A DNA stretch of 64,000 nucleotides from Nemertoderma westbladi (GCA_032718475.1 JAUCBJ010004884.1:24012-88011), one strand, 5' to 3'. Numbered from the stretch's first letter, positions 1 through 13,075 are shown. A program made the numbers and translations. Notes: generated by a model not told the origin, from the letters alone.

Positions 1-1400
1 TCTGCCTCCCGAAGTCGTCCTTGGCTCCAAGCAGCCGTCTTTGTCTGTGGCGCCGCTGATACTTGAACAACTCCACCTTATCGTCTCTACCCATGTCTAT
101 GTTTTCTTCTTCTCTTACCATCGTCTCCCCAAATACCACCCGTGGTGCTGTCCCCGGTTGCTCGCCTAGTCGGATCGCATCTGCCGGGAAATTCGTCGCC
201 GGCTCTCCATGATCCCAGGCTCGCTTACCTGGGGGATCCCAGAAGGCTCTCGCCCCGCTAGCTGTCACTACACTCCCGTCCACCCAGTCAGTGTCCACCC
301 GACCGATCCTCTCTATCGGTGGCATCTCCACGAACTCGTCTCCCTCCATCTCTTTCCTACGGTGTGTCTACTTCTCTGTCCACCAGATGTCTGGTAATGT
401 AATACACCAACTCGCCCTTCTGCCCCGGGTGGTCTACAAGACATTCAAAGGCAGTTCAGAAGGCTCTTCTGTGGTTCAGAGGTGCTCCCATCAGTAGAAA
501 TGCCGTCATGAATAGGTTCACTAACCCAATCGTTATCCAGGCCTCCTGTAAGATATAACTCTTCTGGTATGTCTTAATCGTTCCCCTTCGGAAGTGGTAC
601 AACTCTTCCCTCCCCGGTCTCGTGCCCCACTTGAGCGATTCCGTCAGTTCTGCTCCGTACTCTTATCGGAACTTCTTCCACTCTGTCGGCTTATGGCACG
701 CAAGTCCCATCAGCTGGCCCATTGCCATGGCTCCGTTTTGTCCCATGGTATCCACCAGTCCTAATCCATCTGGTTTCGTCATAGCCATATAGACTACCTG
801 TGTAGCCAGGGGACTCGGGGTGTTGGTCCAATAATCCTCTCTGCGTTGTTGCGTATTGCTGATCCGATCTTTATTGTGGTCTTTGATCTCACCAGCATCT
901 GCACTGCATCCGGTAGATGGTTCAACTTCAGTCCATCTTTCTTGCCGTAGGTCCCCAGGTCGAACAGAAAAATATCTACGTTCGGTGCCACTAGAAGCAG
1001 CAATATAGTTCTACCCCTTCTTCGTCCCATCATCATCCTCTACTGTCCCCTCGTCGTCCAAAACCATATATCCGCCCCTCTCCACCAATTCGACAAACTT
1101 CCCCCATTCCTTCTTAGCTGGTTCCCGTGCATACCTTAGAATCCCAAAGGAACCTTCCTCCCCCTTCACAACATAACAAAGATGCTTGTCGATCGCGCAC
1201 GACGGCGTCCCGTAGGTTCCAACTAATCGTCATTTGGGCATTCCTCTAAACTGATCTTGTAACACGTACGCTTTCTGACTCTTAGGAAGTCGATTGTAAT
1301 ACTTCCTCGTCTTATTCTCCAGATGTCTCAGCGTGAAATCGACTAACAGCTCACTCTCACTCTTCTCCGACTTCCTTCTCTTGACTAACTTCTCCACCAT
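1..1400 (-). pseudogene. Decayed ORF homologous to the DEDD 3'-5' exonuclease-like ORF2 of element B; probably a fragment of a related retroelement continuing beyond the window start
   Basis: Manual minus-strand translation from ATG ~1400 gives EWGKFVELVERGGYMVLDDEG, then LPDAVQMLVRSKTTIKIGSAIRNN, then QKSYILQE. These are colinear with ORF2 segments EWNRTFRSFQENGYMFYDNEG, LPKMVRNMILDKTVVKIGSGVRED and LQYYLAIE. In-frame stops and frameshifts are present. Confidence 0.7.
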
Positions 1401-1474
1401 GCCAATTTCTCTCTCTCACTGGTGGTGCCTTGCGAAGGCTCAGTAGGGCAAGATATAACTAATTTCAGTTTTGG

Positions 1475-2047
1475 ATTCGGTCCCGGACAAGTCGATCCCG
1501 GACAATTCGGTCCGGACAATTCGGTCCTGGACAATTCGGTCCCAAAACACTAAATAAATGGGACCGAATTGTCCAGGACCGAAATGTCCGGGACCGAATT
1601 GTCCTAGGACCGAATTGTCCTAGGACCGAATTGTCCTAGGACCGAATTGTCCTAGGACCGAATTGTCCGGGACCGAATTGTCCAGGACCGAATTGTCCGG
1701 TTCCTGATAGCAACTTTTTAGTGCTTTTTTCATATTGGTGAATGTTCTAGAACATTAGTAGAGATATTTTTTTTATGGTAGCTAGTGTTATTTACTTGCT
1801 AGAATTTTTTGAAATTTTAAAAATACTGTATTTTTTTTAATTTTTGTTATTGGTAAGTGTTTGAGAACATTTTTATATATTATTTAAGGTGTAGCTAGTG
1901 TTTTTTTTACTAGCTAGCATTTCCTTGAAATTATAAAAACACTTGTGAAAACATTGATATTTCAGAATTAATGGGACCGAATTGTCCGGGACCGAATTGT
2001 CCGGGACCGAATTGTCCGGACCGAATTGTCCGGGACCGAATTGTCCT
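1475..2047. repeat. Arrays of a 14-16 bp repeat (GGACCGAATTGTCC) in inverted orientations; MITE/foldback-type subterminal repeats
   Basis: GGACAATTCGGTCC about 4 times at 1475-1543; the reverse orientation about 9 times at 1560-1700 and about 5 times at 1973-2047. Confidence 0.75.
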
Positions 2048-2529
2048 GCTTCCTTCAGTTTCAATCAGTTTTAGATCAGCGATGGCCTACCTTCTATCTA
2101 CCTTTTATCTACCTTTTATACAATTAATTTTGGTTACGTGTCAATTTTTCTTATTTTCGCAATTTTGTCCGTTACCTTTTAATTATGTTTCTATAATTTT
2201 TCAATTTTCAGTTGCTACGATTTCTCCACCTTTCTGTAATTATTTACCCATACGTCTTTGCTACTTATTAAATAGCACCTCATCAGCTAATTACTTCATA
2301 AGTAATTCATCACCACTTATTGTATGTTTACAGAGAAGACTAGCTACAATTTTCCTATTGTTGTACTAACTTTCCACCAGACAGCTTTCTGGGTCTGTAA
2401 CAATACTCTAAGTCTGCACTCTGGGCTATGCGCTATAGTAGTCTAGTTCATGCGGCCTACACTATCTATCCTATCACGGCTACATATCCCCCTCAACTCC
2501 CCACGTGGCGCCCTCAGTGCCCACTATAG

Positions 2530-3010
2530 TTCGTATTATATGTACTATTATTGGTCCCATTGACCCGGCATTAGTACTTAACGTACATTAGCACATAGTG
2601 CTCATCAGACAATGACTTACGTAATGTCTACTCATCTAATCCTACATGTGGTACTATGTGCCCTTCTAATCCTAATATAGTATGTATTATGTACTATTAT
2701 TGGTCCCATTGACGTGGCATTAGTACTTATTACGTACGTTAGCACATAGTGCTCATCAGACAATGACTTACGTAATGTGTACTCATCTAATCCTACATGT
2801 GGTACTATGTACCCTTCTAATCCTAATATAGTATGTATTATGTACTATTATTGGTCCCATTGACCTGGCATTTGTGCGTATGTAATTATGTATGTTAGTA
2901 CAGGTGTACTCATCAGACGTACATGTGTGTACTTTACTATGTTTGTACTCATCGAGTGTACGTATGTAATTATGTCCATCTATTCCTAAATATTATGTAC
3001 GTTAGTACAT
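2530..3010. repeat. ~150-bp tandem repeat, about 3 copies, the last degenerate
   Basis: TATGTACTATTATTGGTCCCATTGAC recurs at about 2540, 2690 and 2840. Confidence 0.8.
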
Positions 3011-3340
3011 AATACATAATACCTCTCTGCTGCTGAGGAACGCAAACTGGAAGCTGATGAACATAAACGGGAAGCTAAATTAAAACGTGAAGCTGAAGAA
3101 CGGGTAGCCCAGTTTCAGGCTCAGCAAAGGAGTATACAGAATAAAAGTCAGCAAGAAAACATACAGGATGAGATTAAGTCACTGAAAAAACAACAGTCGG
3201 ACACTCGTTCACTCGTTCGGACGACATTCGTTGTTATACGAATAACAATATTCGCCAGTATTAATAGAGAGTCTAAAAATATGACTCAAAGGGGAAGCGA
3301 GTTCATCGCGTAGCAGTTTAAGAACGGCTACAGGGATACC

Positions 3341-3596
3341 GTTCTATAAACAGGAGTCTGATACAGGGTGGGGTAGCTCAGTTGGCCGGGCCTACAATCT
3401 ATTGGTTGTAGGTTCAGCCCCGCCAGGGTCCACTCAGCCTTTCATCCACTGGGGTCGATAAAATGAGTACCAGTTAAATAACTTGGAGCAAATCTTGGGA
3501 AAGGAGTAGCGCCCACCACTACCTTCGGGTAACAGCTATCGAAAGGGGAGCCTTCGGGTCGCCTCCAGCTTCTGTTTGCTTTTTTTTGTTTTTTTT
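3341..3596 (+). mobile_element. tRNA-derived SINE with a conserved central domain (Meta/Ceph-like)
   Basis: A box TAGCTCAGTTGG (~3373); B-box-like GGTTCAGCCC (~3411); core CACTCAGCCTTTCATCC...GGGGTCGATAAAATGAGTACCAG; T-rich tail; flanking direct repeat TACAGGGATACC at 3329-3340 and 3597-3608. Confidence 0.7.
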
Positions 3597-4384
3597 TACA
3601 GGGATACCATCTGGGCAAGCTGTACTTAACCCTATTCTACCTGGGCTAATCTATCCGAGATTCAACCTGGGTGTTGGCGTTTTCTGCCAACAATTTTGAA
3701 TACATTTTGAATGAGGTAGAAATGTTCACAATTAGTTGCGTTTTCGCATGGAAACAGACACATATATGGAGCATATAGTGGATTTTAAATTAATGTAAAA
3801 TATTATGGCTAACTATCCAATATTTAAATAATTAATTAGAGTGCACCATTCAAAAAATATATATAAAAATATATAGTTTCAATGGAAAGAGTTACTATTT
3901 GCCTATCTTTACCAAATTACTCCCTCCTCGTACCTTGTATGAGATGTTGGGTTTAGTGTTTCATATTATAGTCTAGTAAAGGACAGATGGCTGGGGGCTA
4001 TTCTTTACACTACTGCAAAGATTGGTAAATAATTGGAACAAAGTGGTCAGACAATATTAGCTTGTCTGCATGCTGCAACAGCAACCTGGGAAGCCAACCT
4101 AATGTGCTATTTTGCTTGAGGCAGTTTCAGACTCCTGGTGACTTAATTCAATACATCCTTAGATGATAACTTGGCTGCAGATCTCAACCCAGTTTTCTAT
4201 CCAGCTGTGTTTTAGGTATCTCAATTCCAGCATGAGGTAAACAAACACAATGCCTTATCTACCTTCACTTGTAATTTAATTCATTTCAAAAATATCTGTC
4301 TGGCAGGTAAAACTGGTTGAATAGTTTGGTATTTGATTGGGTGCCAAGGCTAAGGCATTGTCCAACCAGAATCACATTAATTAA

Positions 4385-6158
4385 TCAATCAATCAATCGG
4401 CTTACTGGGCGGAAAAGCCAACCAACCACCAAGGTTAAGGCTGAATCACCAGCCGATCGCCTCAATGGTTGGAAAGCCCACTTTGAAAAGCTCCTCAATA
4501 ATGACAGGGTATTGCCAGATAACTTTATAGAAGTAAAGTGTCTGAGTCTGTACTCCCAGATATTCCCATTGGCGACATCTCCTTTGCAGAAGTGAAGGCT
4601 GCTGCAAAGAGCATTAAGACCAATCGTGCCAGTGGAGTAGATGGTGTTCCCCCTGAGGTCTTTAAAATACCTGAGTGTTTAAACCTCATCTATCCCATCA
4701 TAGTAGACATGTACCGAACAACAAGAGTCCCACAAGAAATGAAAACGAATAAGTTGGTGCCAGTTCCCAAGAAGGGCAACCTAACACTCTATGGTTCTTT
4801 TCGGGGAATCTCATTGATCTCGATTGCTGCAAAGCTATACAATAGGATTCTATTAAATCGCATCAGGGATCCCATTGAGAGACTGCTCCGTGGAAATCAG
4901 AATGGGTTCCGTAAAGGTCGTGGGACCATGGAGCCCATTTTGGCACTTAGAAGGATTATTGAAGAATTATCAAAAAAGAAAGACAGGCATCTGGCTGTTA
5001 TCTTTGTTGACTTCTTCAAGGCCTTTGATTCAGTCTCTCGCTCACGTATGTTCAGCATACTTTCATTATATGGGATTCCTGATGAAATTATTGCAGCAAT
5101 CAGATCAGTATACGATGGTTCGACAACATTTGTGTCTACTGTTGACGGTGACACAGAACCATTTGAAGTGTTATGGGGCGTCCTCCAAGGAGACACACTT
5201 GCACCATTCTGGTTCATTATTGTGGTTGACTATGTTCTACGCATGTCCTTAGATCATCATAATGATGATGGGGTGATGATAACTCCACCTACTGGCTCCA
5301 GAAGTCGAGGAAATCCTGCCAAGTACCTAACTGATCTAGACTTTGCTGATGACTTAGGAGTACTCTCAGAATCATTAGAGGGAGCCCAACGGCTCCTCAG
5401 CTCATTAGAACATGCTGCTTCTAGTGTTGGTCTTTTTATTAACTCCAGAAAGACCAAAATTCTGACAGTTAACTTTGAAAGTCCTCAGCAAGTCTCTGAT
5501 CGGATAAGCATAAGCTCAAAGGATGGTATGCTTGAGCATGTGGACGACTTCTGTTACCTGGGATCATGGATCCGGAAGTCAGGTGAGGACCTTCGAATAC
5601 GTAAGGGAAAGGCATGGGCAGCCTTGAATAGGCTTTCCAGGATTTGGAAGTCACCGAGAATTAATCGGAAACTTAAGGTCCGATTATTTAGAGCAGCAGT
5701 AGTTCCAGTACTCCTCTACGGGAGTCCATGCTGGGCTCTAACTGCTGAGGACACCAAATCTCTGGATGGCACATTCACAAGAATGCTACGCCGGGTTCAT
5801 TCTGTTAAGTACAATGCACACATCTCCAACCAGACACTATATAACATTGGAGGTATCTCATTGGTTCCCCCAAGCTTGACACTAGAACAAAATCGCCTCA
5901 GCTTTGCAGGACATTGCTTTCGCCGTGAGGACCAGCCAGTGCATAATCTTGTACTTTGGCAGCCTCATGGAGTGAATAAGCATGGTGGACAGCCCATGAC
6001 TTTCTTGAGACGCATCTTAAAGGACACTGGCCTTAAAGATGCGGATGATCTAGCAAATGTCATGGGTGATAGGGAGTTGTGGCGGTGCAATTTTGTTGAC
6101 AAGCCGGCACAGCATTCCTAAAAATGCAGCTGCAATGCAGCATGCCGATCCTAGTAGT
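4385..6158 (+). mobile_element. 5'-truncated RTE-clade LINE
   Basis: Contains an RT ORF; 3' tail of TAG repeats; 11-bp TSD ACATTAATTAA at 4374-4384 and 6159-6169. Confidence 0.85.
4538..6121 (+). CDS. Non-LTR (RTE-type) reverse transcriptase, N-terminally truncated
   Basis: Motifs PKKG..FRGISL, QNGFR, FVDFFKAFDSV, GVLQGDTLAP, DFADD, YLGS, VLLYGS. Confidence 0.9.
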   Translation: MSESVLPDIPIGDISFAEVKAAAKSIKTNRASGVDGVPPEVFKIPECLNLIYPIIVDMYRTTRVPQEMKTNKLVPVPKKGNLTLYGSFRGISLISIAAKLYNRILLNRIRDPIERLLRGNQNGFRKGRGTMEPILALRRIIEELSKKKDRHLAVIFVDFFKAFDSVSRSRMFSILSLYGIPDEIIAAIRSVYDGSTTFVSTVDGDTEPFEVLWGVLQGDTLAPFWFIIVVDYVLRMSLDHHNDDGVMITPPTGSRSRGNPAKYLTDLDFADDLGVLSESLEGAQRLLSSLEHAASSVGLFINSRKTKILTVNFESPQQVSDRISISSKDGMLEHVDDFCYLGSWIRKSGEDLRIRKGKAWAALNRLSRIWKSPRINRKLKVRLFRAAVVPVLLYGSPCWALTAEDTKSLDGTFTRMLRRVHSVKYNAHISNQTLYNIGGISLVPPSLTLEQNRLSFAGHCFRREDQPVHNLVLWQPHGVNKHGGQPMTFLRRILKDTGLKDADDLANVMGDRELWRCNFVDKPAQHS

Positions 6159-6589
6159 ACATTAATTAAGAAGTTAGGAATATTGTGACAGCACCAAGAA
6201 TTATTTTAGTAAATTAATTAATTAATTATAAAATTCTCGACTTCCCTTTGACAAAATCTCATTTGCAAAAAAACTAAAAATCGCACAAAAAAATAAATGA
6301 CCCACTACGAGATTCACCAGTAAATTTTAGGAAAAGTCAACAATTTTCAAGTGCATAGCCCTTAAATATATTCTCAAATTCACAGCATTATAAAATGTTG
6401 GCGGAAAACGCCAACACCCAGGTTGGATAGGGTTAAGACGAAGATTTGTCATCATATCTAAAACTTTATCCTCTGAAATTTCTATATTTGAAAAAAATAT
6501 GTATCAGTTAACATAGACTTTGACGTGCTTTGTCTGTAAATCCTTCATTATAGAAGTAAGATATGTATTAAATACCTAGTGTCTATCTA

Positions 6590-7575
6590 GGTCTGTAAAT
6601 CCTTTATTATATAAGTAAGTTAAATCGTCTGTAATTCCTTTATTATATAAGTAAGTTAAATCGTCTGTAATTCCTTTATTATATAAGTAAGTTAAATTGT
6701 CTGTAATTCCATTATTATTGAAGTAAATTGTATTGAAATTCATACTGTATTATTTATCGACGTGTTCTGTCTGTAATTCCGTTATTTTATAAGTAAGATA
6801 ATCTTTATATTTTTCGACGTGTTCTGTCTGTAATTCCGTTATTTTATAAGTAAGTTAAACTTTATATTTTTCGACGTGTTCTGACTGTAATTCCGTTATT
6901 TTATAAGTAAGATAATCTTTATATTTTTCGACGTGTTCTGTCTGTAATTCCGTTATTTTATAAGTAAGTTAAACTTTATATTTTTCGACGTGTTCTGTCT
7001 GTAATTCCGTTATTTTATAAGTAAGTTAAACTTTATATTTTTCGACGTGTTCTGTCTGTAATTCCGTTATTTTATAAGTAAGTTAAACTTTATATTTTTC
7101 GACGTGTTCTGTCTGTAATTCCGTTATTTTATAAGTAAGTTAAACTTTATATTTTTCGACGTGTTCTGTCTATAATTCCGTTATTTTATAAGTAAGTTAA
7201 ACTTTATATTTTTCGACGTGTTCTGTAAGTAATTCCGTTATTTTACAAGTAAGTTAAACTTTATATTTTTCGACGTGTTCTGTCTGTAATTCCGTTATTT
7301 TATAAGTAAGTTAAACTTTATATTTTTCGACGTGTTCTGTCTGTAATTCCGTTATTTTATAAGTAAGTTAAACTTTATATTTTTCGACGTGTTCTGTCTG
7401 TAATTCCGTTATTTTATAAGTAAGTTAAACTTTATATTTTTCGACGTGTTCTGTCTGTAATTCCGTTATTTTATAAGTAAGTTAATCTTTATATTTTTCG
7501 ACGTGTTCTGTCTGTAATTCCGTTATTTTATAAGTAAGTTAAACTTTATATTTTTCGACGTGTTCTGTCTGTAAT
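6590..7575. repeat. Minisatellite: 57-bp unit, about 14 copies, preceded by a few shorter related units (~36 bp)
   Basis: Unit GACGTGTTCTGTCTGTAATTCCGTTATTTTATAAGTAAGTTAAACTTTATATTTTTC, e.g. starting at 7101 and 7158. Confidence 0.95.
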
Positions 7576-7744
7576 GAAAGTTAAACGCAAATGAAAAACT
7601 TAGTGTATATCTTTCGACGTGCACTGTCATTCATTTTAAAGTAAGTTATTTTAACTGGAAAATCAAAGAATGCTTCCTTATTTTCGTGTGTCTAATTATT
7701 AATATATTTTTTTAATTTTTTTAATACCAGTCCTATTGAATACG

Positions 7745-10700
7745 ATGCCGTACTGTGCGTAAATAAAAAATTGTACTGCTGTAATTAAAGTGTAGATCAA
7801 GTTAATGAATAGTAATATTGCGATCTCTACGGAAATTTGCGGGTTCTGTTTCTCTAAATTCACCACGACTGATTATATTTTTTACTGTAACAATTGTTGT
7901 ACACTCTATCATCTTCCATGTGGTTCTCATATTACTGCTCCAGAAATAGTGCAACGTTACCCTTTTCTGGAGTTGACAACGATGATGTAGATACATTTTA
8001 TACTGAAACTTTAACTGACAATGATGACTCTTCAAACCTCTTTTCCGACATCGATCCGCATGTCAACATCGCGTGTAATATTGAAACATTGGGGTACATT
8101 GATACCACAAAATTTTCTAGTAAAATTAATGAACTGAATTCCCCCAATCGTTTTTTCGGTTTATCATTTAAACTGTAGAAGCATTAATAAAAATCTCCCA
8201 GCGATAACCGACTACTTACAATCACTAGAAGCTCAATTTGACGTTTTAACCTTCACAGAGACGTTTTTAGCCAATGACGACACCGCAGATTTAATCAAAA
8301 TTCAGAGCCGACCTTCTTAAGAGCAATGCGTAATCCCGCGAATATCTACAAGTTATTAACTCAAACGGCTTTCCCCAATTAGTAAATAACGCGACTCCTA
8401 TAACGCATAATACAAAATCCCTAATAGACCACATCCATACAAATATTAGTGATGCAATATGCTATCCAGGTGTTTTCCTTAACCCTATTAGTACCGGGCT
8501 ATAAAAAATGTTGTACAAATACCGGGGGGGGGGGGGGGTCATATTGAACCCCCCCCCCCCCCCCCTCTAAAATCTATAAACTTTTACGAAAACGTCTGAT
8601 TTTTTGTTTGTACGTAGGTATCACTAGTCTGGATCCGACCGAAAAAAAAAATTCGAAAAAATGTACTGGGGTGGTTATATTGCAGCACCAAAATTACAAG
8701 TAGTGCACAATTTTCACAAAATTTGAAAGTTACATTTTATGGCTAATTGTTTTTCAATACAGGTTTTCTGGGGCGCAAAATACATTGGAAAATATTTAAA
8801 AATGATACGATTACTATAAATGGCTGTTTAGTCCTCTCTGCGTAGGATAAAAATGAAAAAAACAAGTAACCAGCACTTTTCAGTTAGAACACACAATTTT
8901 TAATTCACTTATGCGATGCTATAAATTCACATTTTCGGTTTTCTAGGGCGCTGATTCTAATGGAATACATTTCTAATATGCCAGATCATTGCTACTTCTA
9001 TTTTTCGGCGTAATTTGGCAAATTTTGGTGCTAGCACTAAATTTCGTACCCATCACCAAAAAGTACAAGTTTGCGATGTCCAGTGCTGTTTTTATTGATT
9101 CCATCGGATTGAGGACCCTCATAAACCCGTATAACGCAAGAAAAAAGATGATACTATCTCCTGATCAATTTGCTTATTATCCAAAATTTGGTGCTGGCAC
9201 AACAATATTCACCCACCTTGCGAAAAATACAAGTTTGAAAATTCTTATGAAATTTTTACTGATTCCATTGAATTCAGAACCCTGACAAACCAGTATAACG
9301 CAAGAAACACGGTGACACAATCAATTGATATATTTGATGGTTTTCAAAATTTGGTGCTAGCACCACATTTTGCACCCACTTCCGAAAAATACAAGTTTGA
9401 GATGTCTAGTTCGAAATTATATATTCCATTGAATTCAGAACAGCCATAAACCTATAAAACGCAAGAAATAATTTGTCACAAGCAATTTTATCTATTGAAT
9501 GGATTTTCAAAATTTCGTGCTAGCACCAAAATTTGCACATAGCACCGAAAAATACAAGTTTGACACGTTTGGTGCAACTCGTAAATATTTCATCGAAACC
9601 AGAACCCCAAAAAACCCCAATTGCGTAAAAAAACAAGTTTCTAACAATCAATTTACAAAATTGACATATTTCAAAATTTGGTGCTGGCACCAAAATTTGG
9701 CACCCGCCGAAAAAAACAAGTTTGAAATTTCTAAATCAATTTATATGAATACCATCCAATTGCTAACACCAAAAAACCGGTGTAAATCCAAAATAGAGAT
9801 GTTACAATTCATATTTAATGAAATGTAATTTTCAAAAAACGTCTCAAAAAAGTGCCAAAAGTAGGGTTAAAATATGGTGCTATAACTCGAAAACTACCCA
9901 ATATTTTCAAAACGGTTTTCACTACTAGGAAGACAATAGATTTTTAGGAAAAGTCATAAAATTTCAGATTCCCAACTGCGTTTGTTTCAGAATTATAATA
10001 AAAAAACCACGATGAAGGGTAATATTGACCCCCCCCCCCCCCCCCCCCGGGTTTAATAGGGTTAAAGAAACAGGTACGACGGATCACTTACCAACTTTTC
10101 TACTGATACACTTGACCATAACATCCTAAAAATCCTTTAAATTAGATTGTTACGGAGTACGTGGTACTCAGTTAAACCTTTTCAAGGATTATCTGAGAAA
10201 TCGACTCCAGTACGTATCTCTAGGCTCTTCTGTAGAATCCACCACCACTTCTATTATAGTAGGCATTCCCCAAGGCAGTCTATTGGGCCCTTTACTATTC
10301 CTACTATATTAACGATCTCCCCACCTCCTTGGATGTAACCACAGCTCTTTTTGCAGACGATACATACAACCTTGTGCCATACCATTAAATCGATATCTTC
10401 TCTATTCAGTACGATGAACAATAACCTAAATAGGCTTTCTGATTGGCTGTCCGACAACAAGCTCACACATAAAAAAAAACTGAATACTGTATTTTTAAAC
10501 ATCACATCACATAAAAAAAACTGAATACTGTATTTTTACTAACAGTAAGTCTTATAACTATAACGATATGCCTTCTGTAAAAATTAATGATGCTAAAATT
10601 AAAAATATTAATAATGCCAAATATTTAGGAGTGAGAATCGACAGTGATTTATCCTGGAAACCCCATATTAATTTAATACTCAAAAATATTTCAATGACAA

Positions 10701-11705
10701 GTGGTCTAATGTATAAGTTAAGACGTCATATCTTCCCATTAGGTATATTGCGCCTGGTATTCATTGCTATCACTAATACAACCCTACATTCATTACGCAA
10801 TAACTCTGTGGGGAAATACGTTTACTTCAATACTACACCCACTTAAAACCAAAATTAATACAATTTTACGAACAATTACATTCAGCCATTATCAGGCATC
10901 ATCCACTCCACTTTACAAAAAGTTAAATATTTACCCATTGATAAACTGTATACACTCAAAGTAGCGAAAGTAATGTAGGATGTACAAATTGTGTACATCC
11001 TACATTATGTACATATGATGTACTACACAAATGCATATCACCCTTACAAGATCTATTCCACCGTGCTTCGGATGTACACGCACACGCCACCCGCTCGGCA
11101 AAAACTGACAAATTTTTTATTCCGAGAATATGACTGTTAGTGGGCAAAAATGCACTACAGTACCAGGGACCGATTGTGTGGAATTCAAAAAGTGACAACT
11201 TAAAAATCTACAGAATAAGCCGTTATTTAGTAGAAAGTTAAAAAAAAGTCTGCTTGAAAGTTTATGATTAAGCTGATTAGACTGTTAACTATAGTAACAA
11301 TTCTAACAATATACAATGCACTAGTCTTCATCAAAATGAAAAGTCGTCTTACATTTATGAGACTATTTTGAACTGTTGTTTATTACAGTCGTTGAAGTCA
11401 GTCAAAGTCACAGTCAAAGTTACATTGATTTGTCTGAACCTTTTAATCTGATATAATATGTCTCCAGAACCTGCAGCAGTACCGATTAGTATTAGCAGTA
11501 CTATTATTAGTATTATTCAGTGTATTTGAGTTAAGTTTAATTAATAATTACATGCATTGCATACGATTAACCTTAGTTGCAAACCGGTGGCAGCGTATAC
11601 TAGCACAAAACGTGCTATCCGTTGTCTCCGGCCGTAATCAGTAATTTGGTAATGGTACGTTAATTATTTATATTTACATATCGGAAAAAATAAATTGAGA
11701 TTGAG
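7745..11705 (+). mobile_element. Degenerate CR1/L2-like LINE (PHD finger, APE endonuclease, RT remnants), interrupted by a DNA transposon
   Basis: PHD-like CGFC...CNNCCTLYHLPC at 7805-7990; APE N-terminus LNCRSINK...LTFTETFL at ~8165-8270; GIPQGSLLGPLLF at ~10262; FADDT at ~10350; KYLGVRIDSDLSWKPHI; 3' end AATAAATTGAGATTGAG. Confidence 0.75.
8483..10061. mobile_element. Non-autonomous piggyBac-like DNA transposon with internal ~160-bp repeats
   Basis: TTAA at 8479-8482 and 10062-10065; termini CCCTATTA...TAATAGGG; GGTGCT(A/G)GCAC...AAGTTTG units repeated about 5 times at 9020-9730. Confidence 0.7.
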
Positions 11706-11749
11706 GCGGTACCCTGCCGTCCTGGGAGTCAGGATAAATATATGTAAAG

Positions 11750-12829
11750 ACGGCACTCTGCCGCCTTGGGGCTTAAGTTATAATTATATAAAGGCAGCAC
11801 TCTGCCGCCTTGGGGCTTAAGTTATAATTATATAAAGGCAGCACTCTGCCGCCATGGAGTTTAAGTTATAATTATATAAAGGCAGCACTCTGCCGCCTTG
11901 GGGCTTAAGTTATAATTATATAAAGGCAGCACTCTGCCGCCTTGGGGCTTAAGTTATAATTATATAAAGGCAGCACTCTGCCGCCTTGGGGCTTAAGTTA
12001 TAATTATATAAAGGCAGCACTCTGCCGCCTTGGGGCTTAAGTTATAATTATATAAAGGCAGCACTCTGCCGCCTTGGGGCTTAAGTTATAATTATATAAA
12101 GGCAGCACTCTGCCGCCTTGGGGCTTAAGTTATAATTATATAAAGGCAGCACTCTGCCTCCTTGGGGCTTAAGTTATAATTATATAAAGGCAGCACTCTG
12201 CCGCCTTGGGGCTTAAGTTATAATTATATAAAGGCAGCACTCTGCCGCCTTGGGGCTTAAGTTATAATTATATAAAGGCAGCACTCTGCCGCCTTGGGGC
12301 TTAAGTTATAATTATATAAAGGCAGCACTCTGCCGCCTTGGGGCTTAAGTTATAATTATATAAAGGCAGCACTCTGCCGCCTTGGGGCTTAAGTTATAAT
12401 TATATAAAGGCAGCACTCTGCCGCCTTGGGGCTTAAGTTATAATTATATAAAGGCAGCACTCTGCCGCCTTGGGGCTTAAGTTATAATTATATAAAGGCA
12501 GCACTCTGCCACCTTGGGGCTTAAGTTATAATTATATAAAGGCAGCACTCTGCCGCCTTGGGGCTTAAGTTATAATTATATAAAGGCAGCACTCTGCCGC
12601 CTTGGGGCTTAAGTTATAATTATATAAAGGCAGCACTCTGCCGCCTTGGGGCTTAAGTTATAATTATATAAAGGCAGCACTCTGCCGCCTTGGGGCTTAA
12701 GTTATAATTATATAAAGGCAGCACTCTGCCGCCTTGGGGCTTAAGTTATAATTATATAAAGGCAGCACTCTGCCGCCTTGGGGCTTAAGTTATAATTATA
12801 TAAAGGCAGCACTCTGCCGCCTTGGGGCT
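11750..12829. repeat. 44-bp tandem array, left part (about 24 copies)
   Basis: Unit GGCAGCACTCTGCCGCCTTGGGGCTTAAGTTATAATTATATAAA; split by element A. Confidence 0.97.
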
Positions 12830-13065
12830 TGTCATAAATTATACTTAGGCCATAGCTAATATCCAATATAAGATACAAGTATATTAGCTTGCCAATATTG
12901 TAAACTGTTGAAAGAAGTTGAAACATATGTTAATATTGGAGGTTTGCCGGCAGTATTGTAAAGTAAATATATATAGGTTATTCAATTTAGATAAAGATTA
13001 TTATTAAAGTTTATTAGAAGTTTGTAGCTATCATTTTCCTTTCAATTTATCCACAATTCACTATA
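12830..13065 (+). repeat. 5' LTR of element A (TG...TA)
   Basis: Direct repeat of 36301-36536. Confidence 0.95.
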
Positions 13066-13075
13066 TGGCGCCCGA
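13066..13075 (+). other. Primer-binding site of element A, tRNA-Lys type
   Basis: TGGCGCCCGA directly after the 5' LTR matches the first 10 nt of the canonical tRNA-Lys(UUU) PBS TGGCGCCCGAACAGGGAC. Confidence 0.8.

Larger units (their letters stand above)
3630..6432. mobile_element. Non-autonomous piggyBac-like DNA transposon, interrupted by an RTE LINE
   Basis: TTAA at 3626-3629 and 6433-6436; imperfect TIRs CCCTATTCTACCTGGG / CCCAGGTTGGATAGGG; subterminal inverted repeat GGGTGTTGGCGTTTTC. Confidence 0.7.

Noticed and set aside
2590-2770. Possible hammerhead ribozyme in the 150-bp repeats (minus strand CTGATGA-GCAC-tat-GTGC)
   Set aside because: Stem II is followed by TAAT/TAAC instead of the essential GAAA, and stems I and III are not evident
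3020-3200. Coiled-coil coding fragment (EERKLEADEHKREAK...) containing CTGATGA
   Set aside because: Too short to assign, with no start or domain; no hammerhead stems around the CTGATGA
11750-12829. CRISPR array
   Set aside because: Head-to-tail near-identical units with no unique spacers
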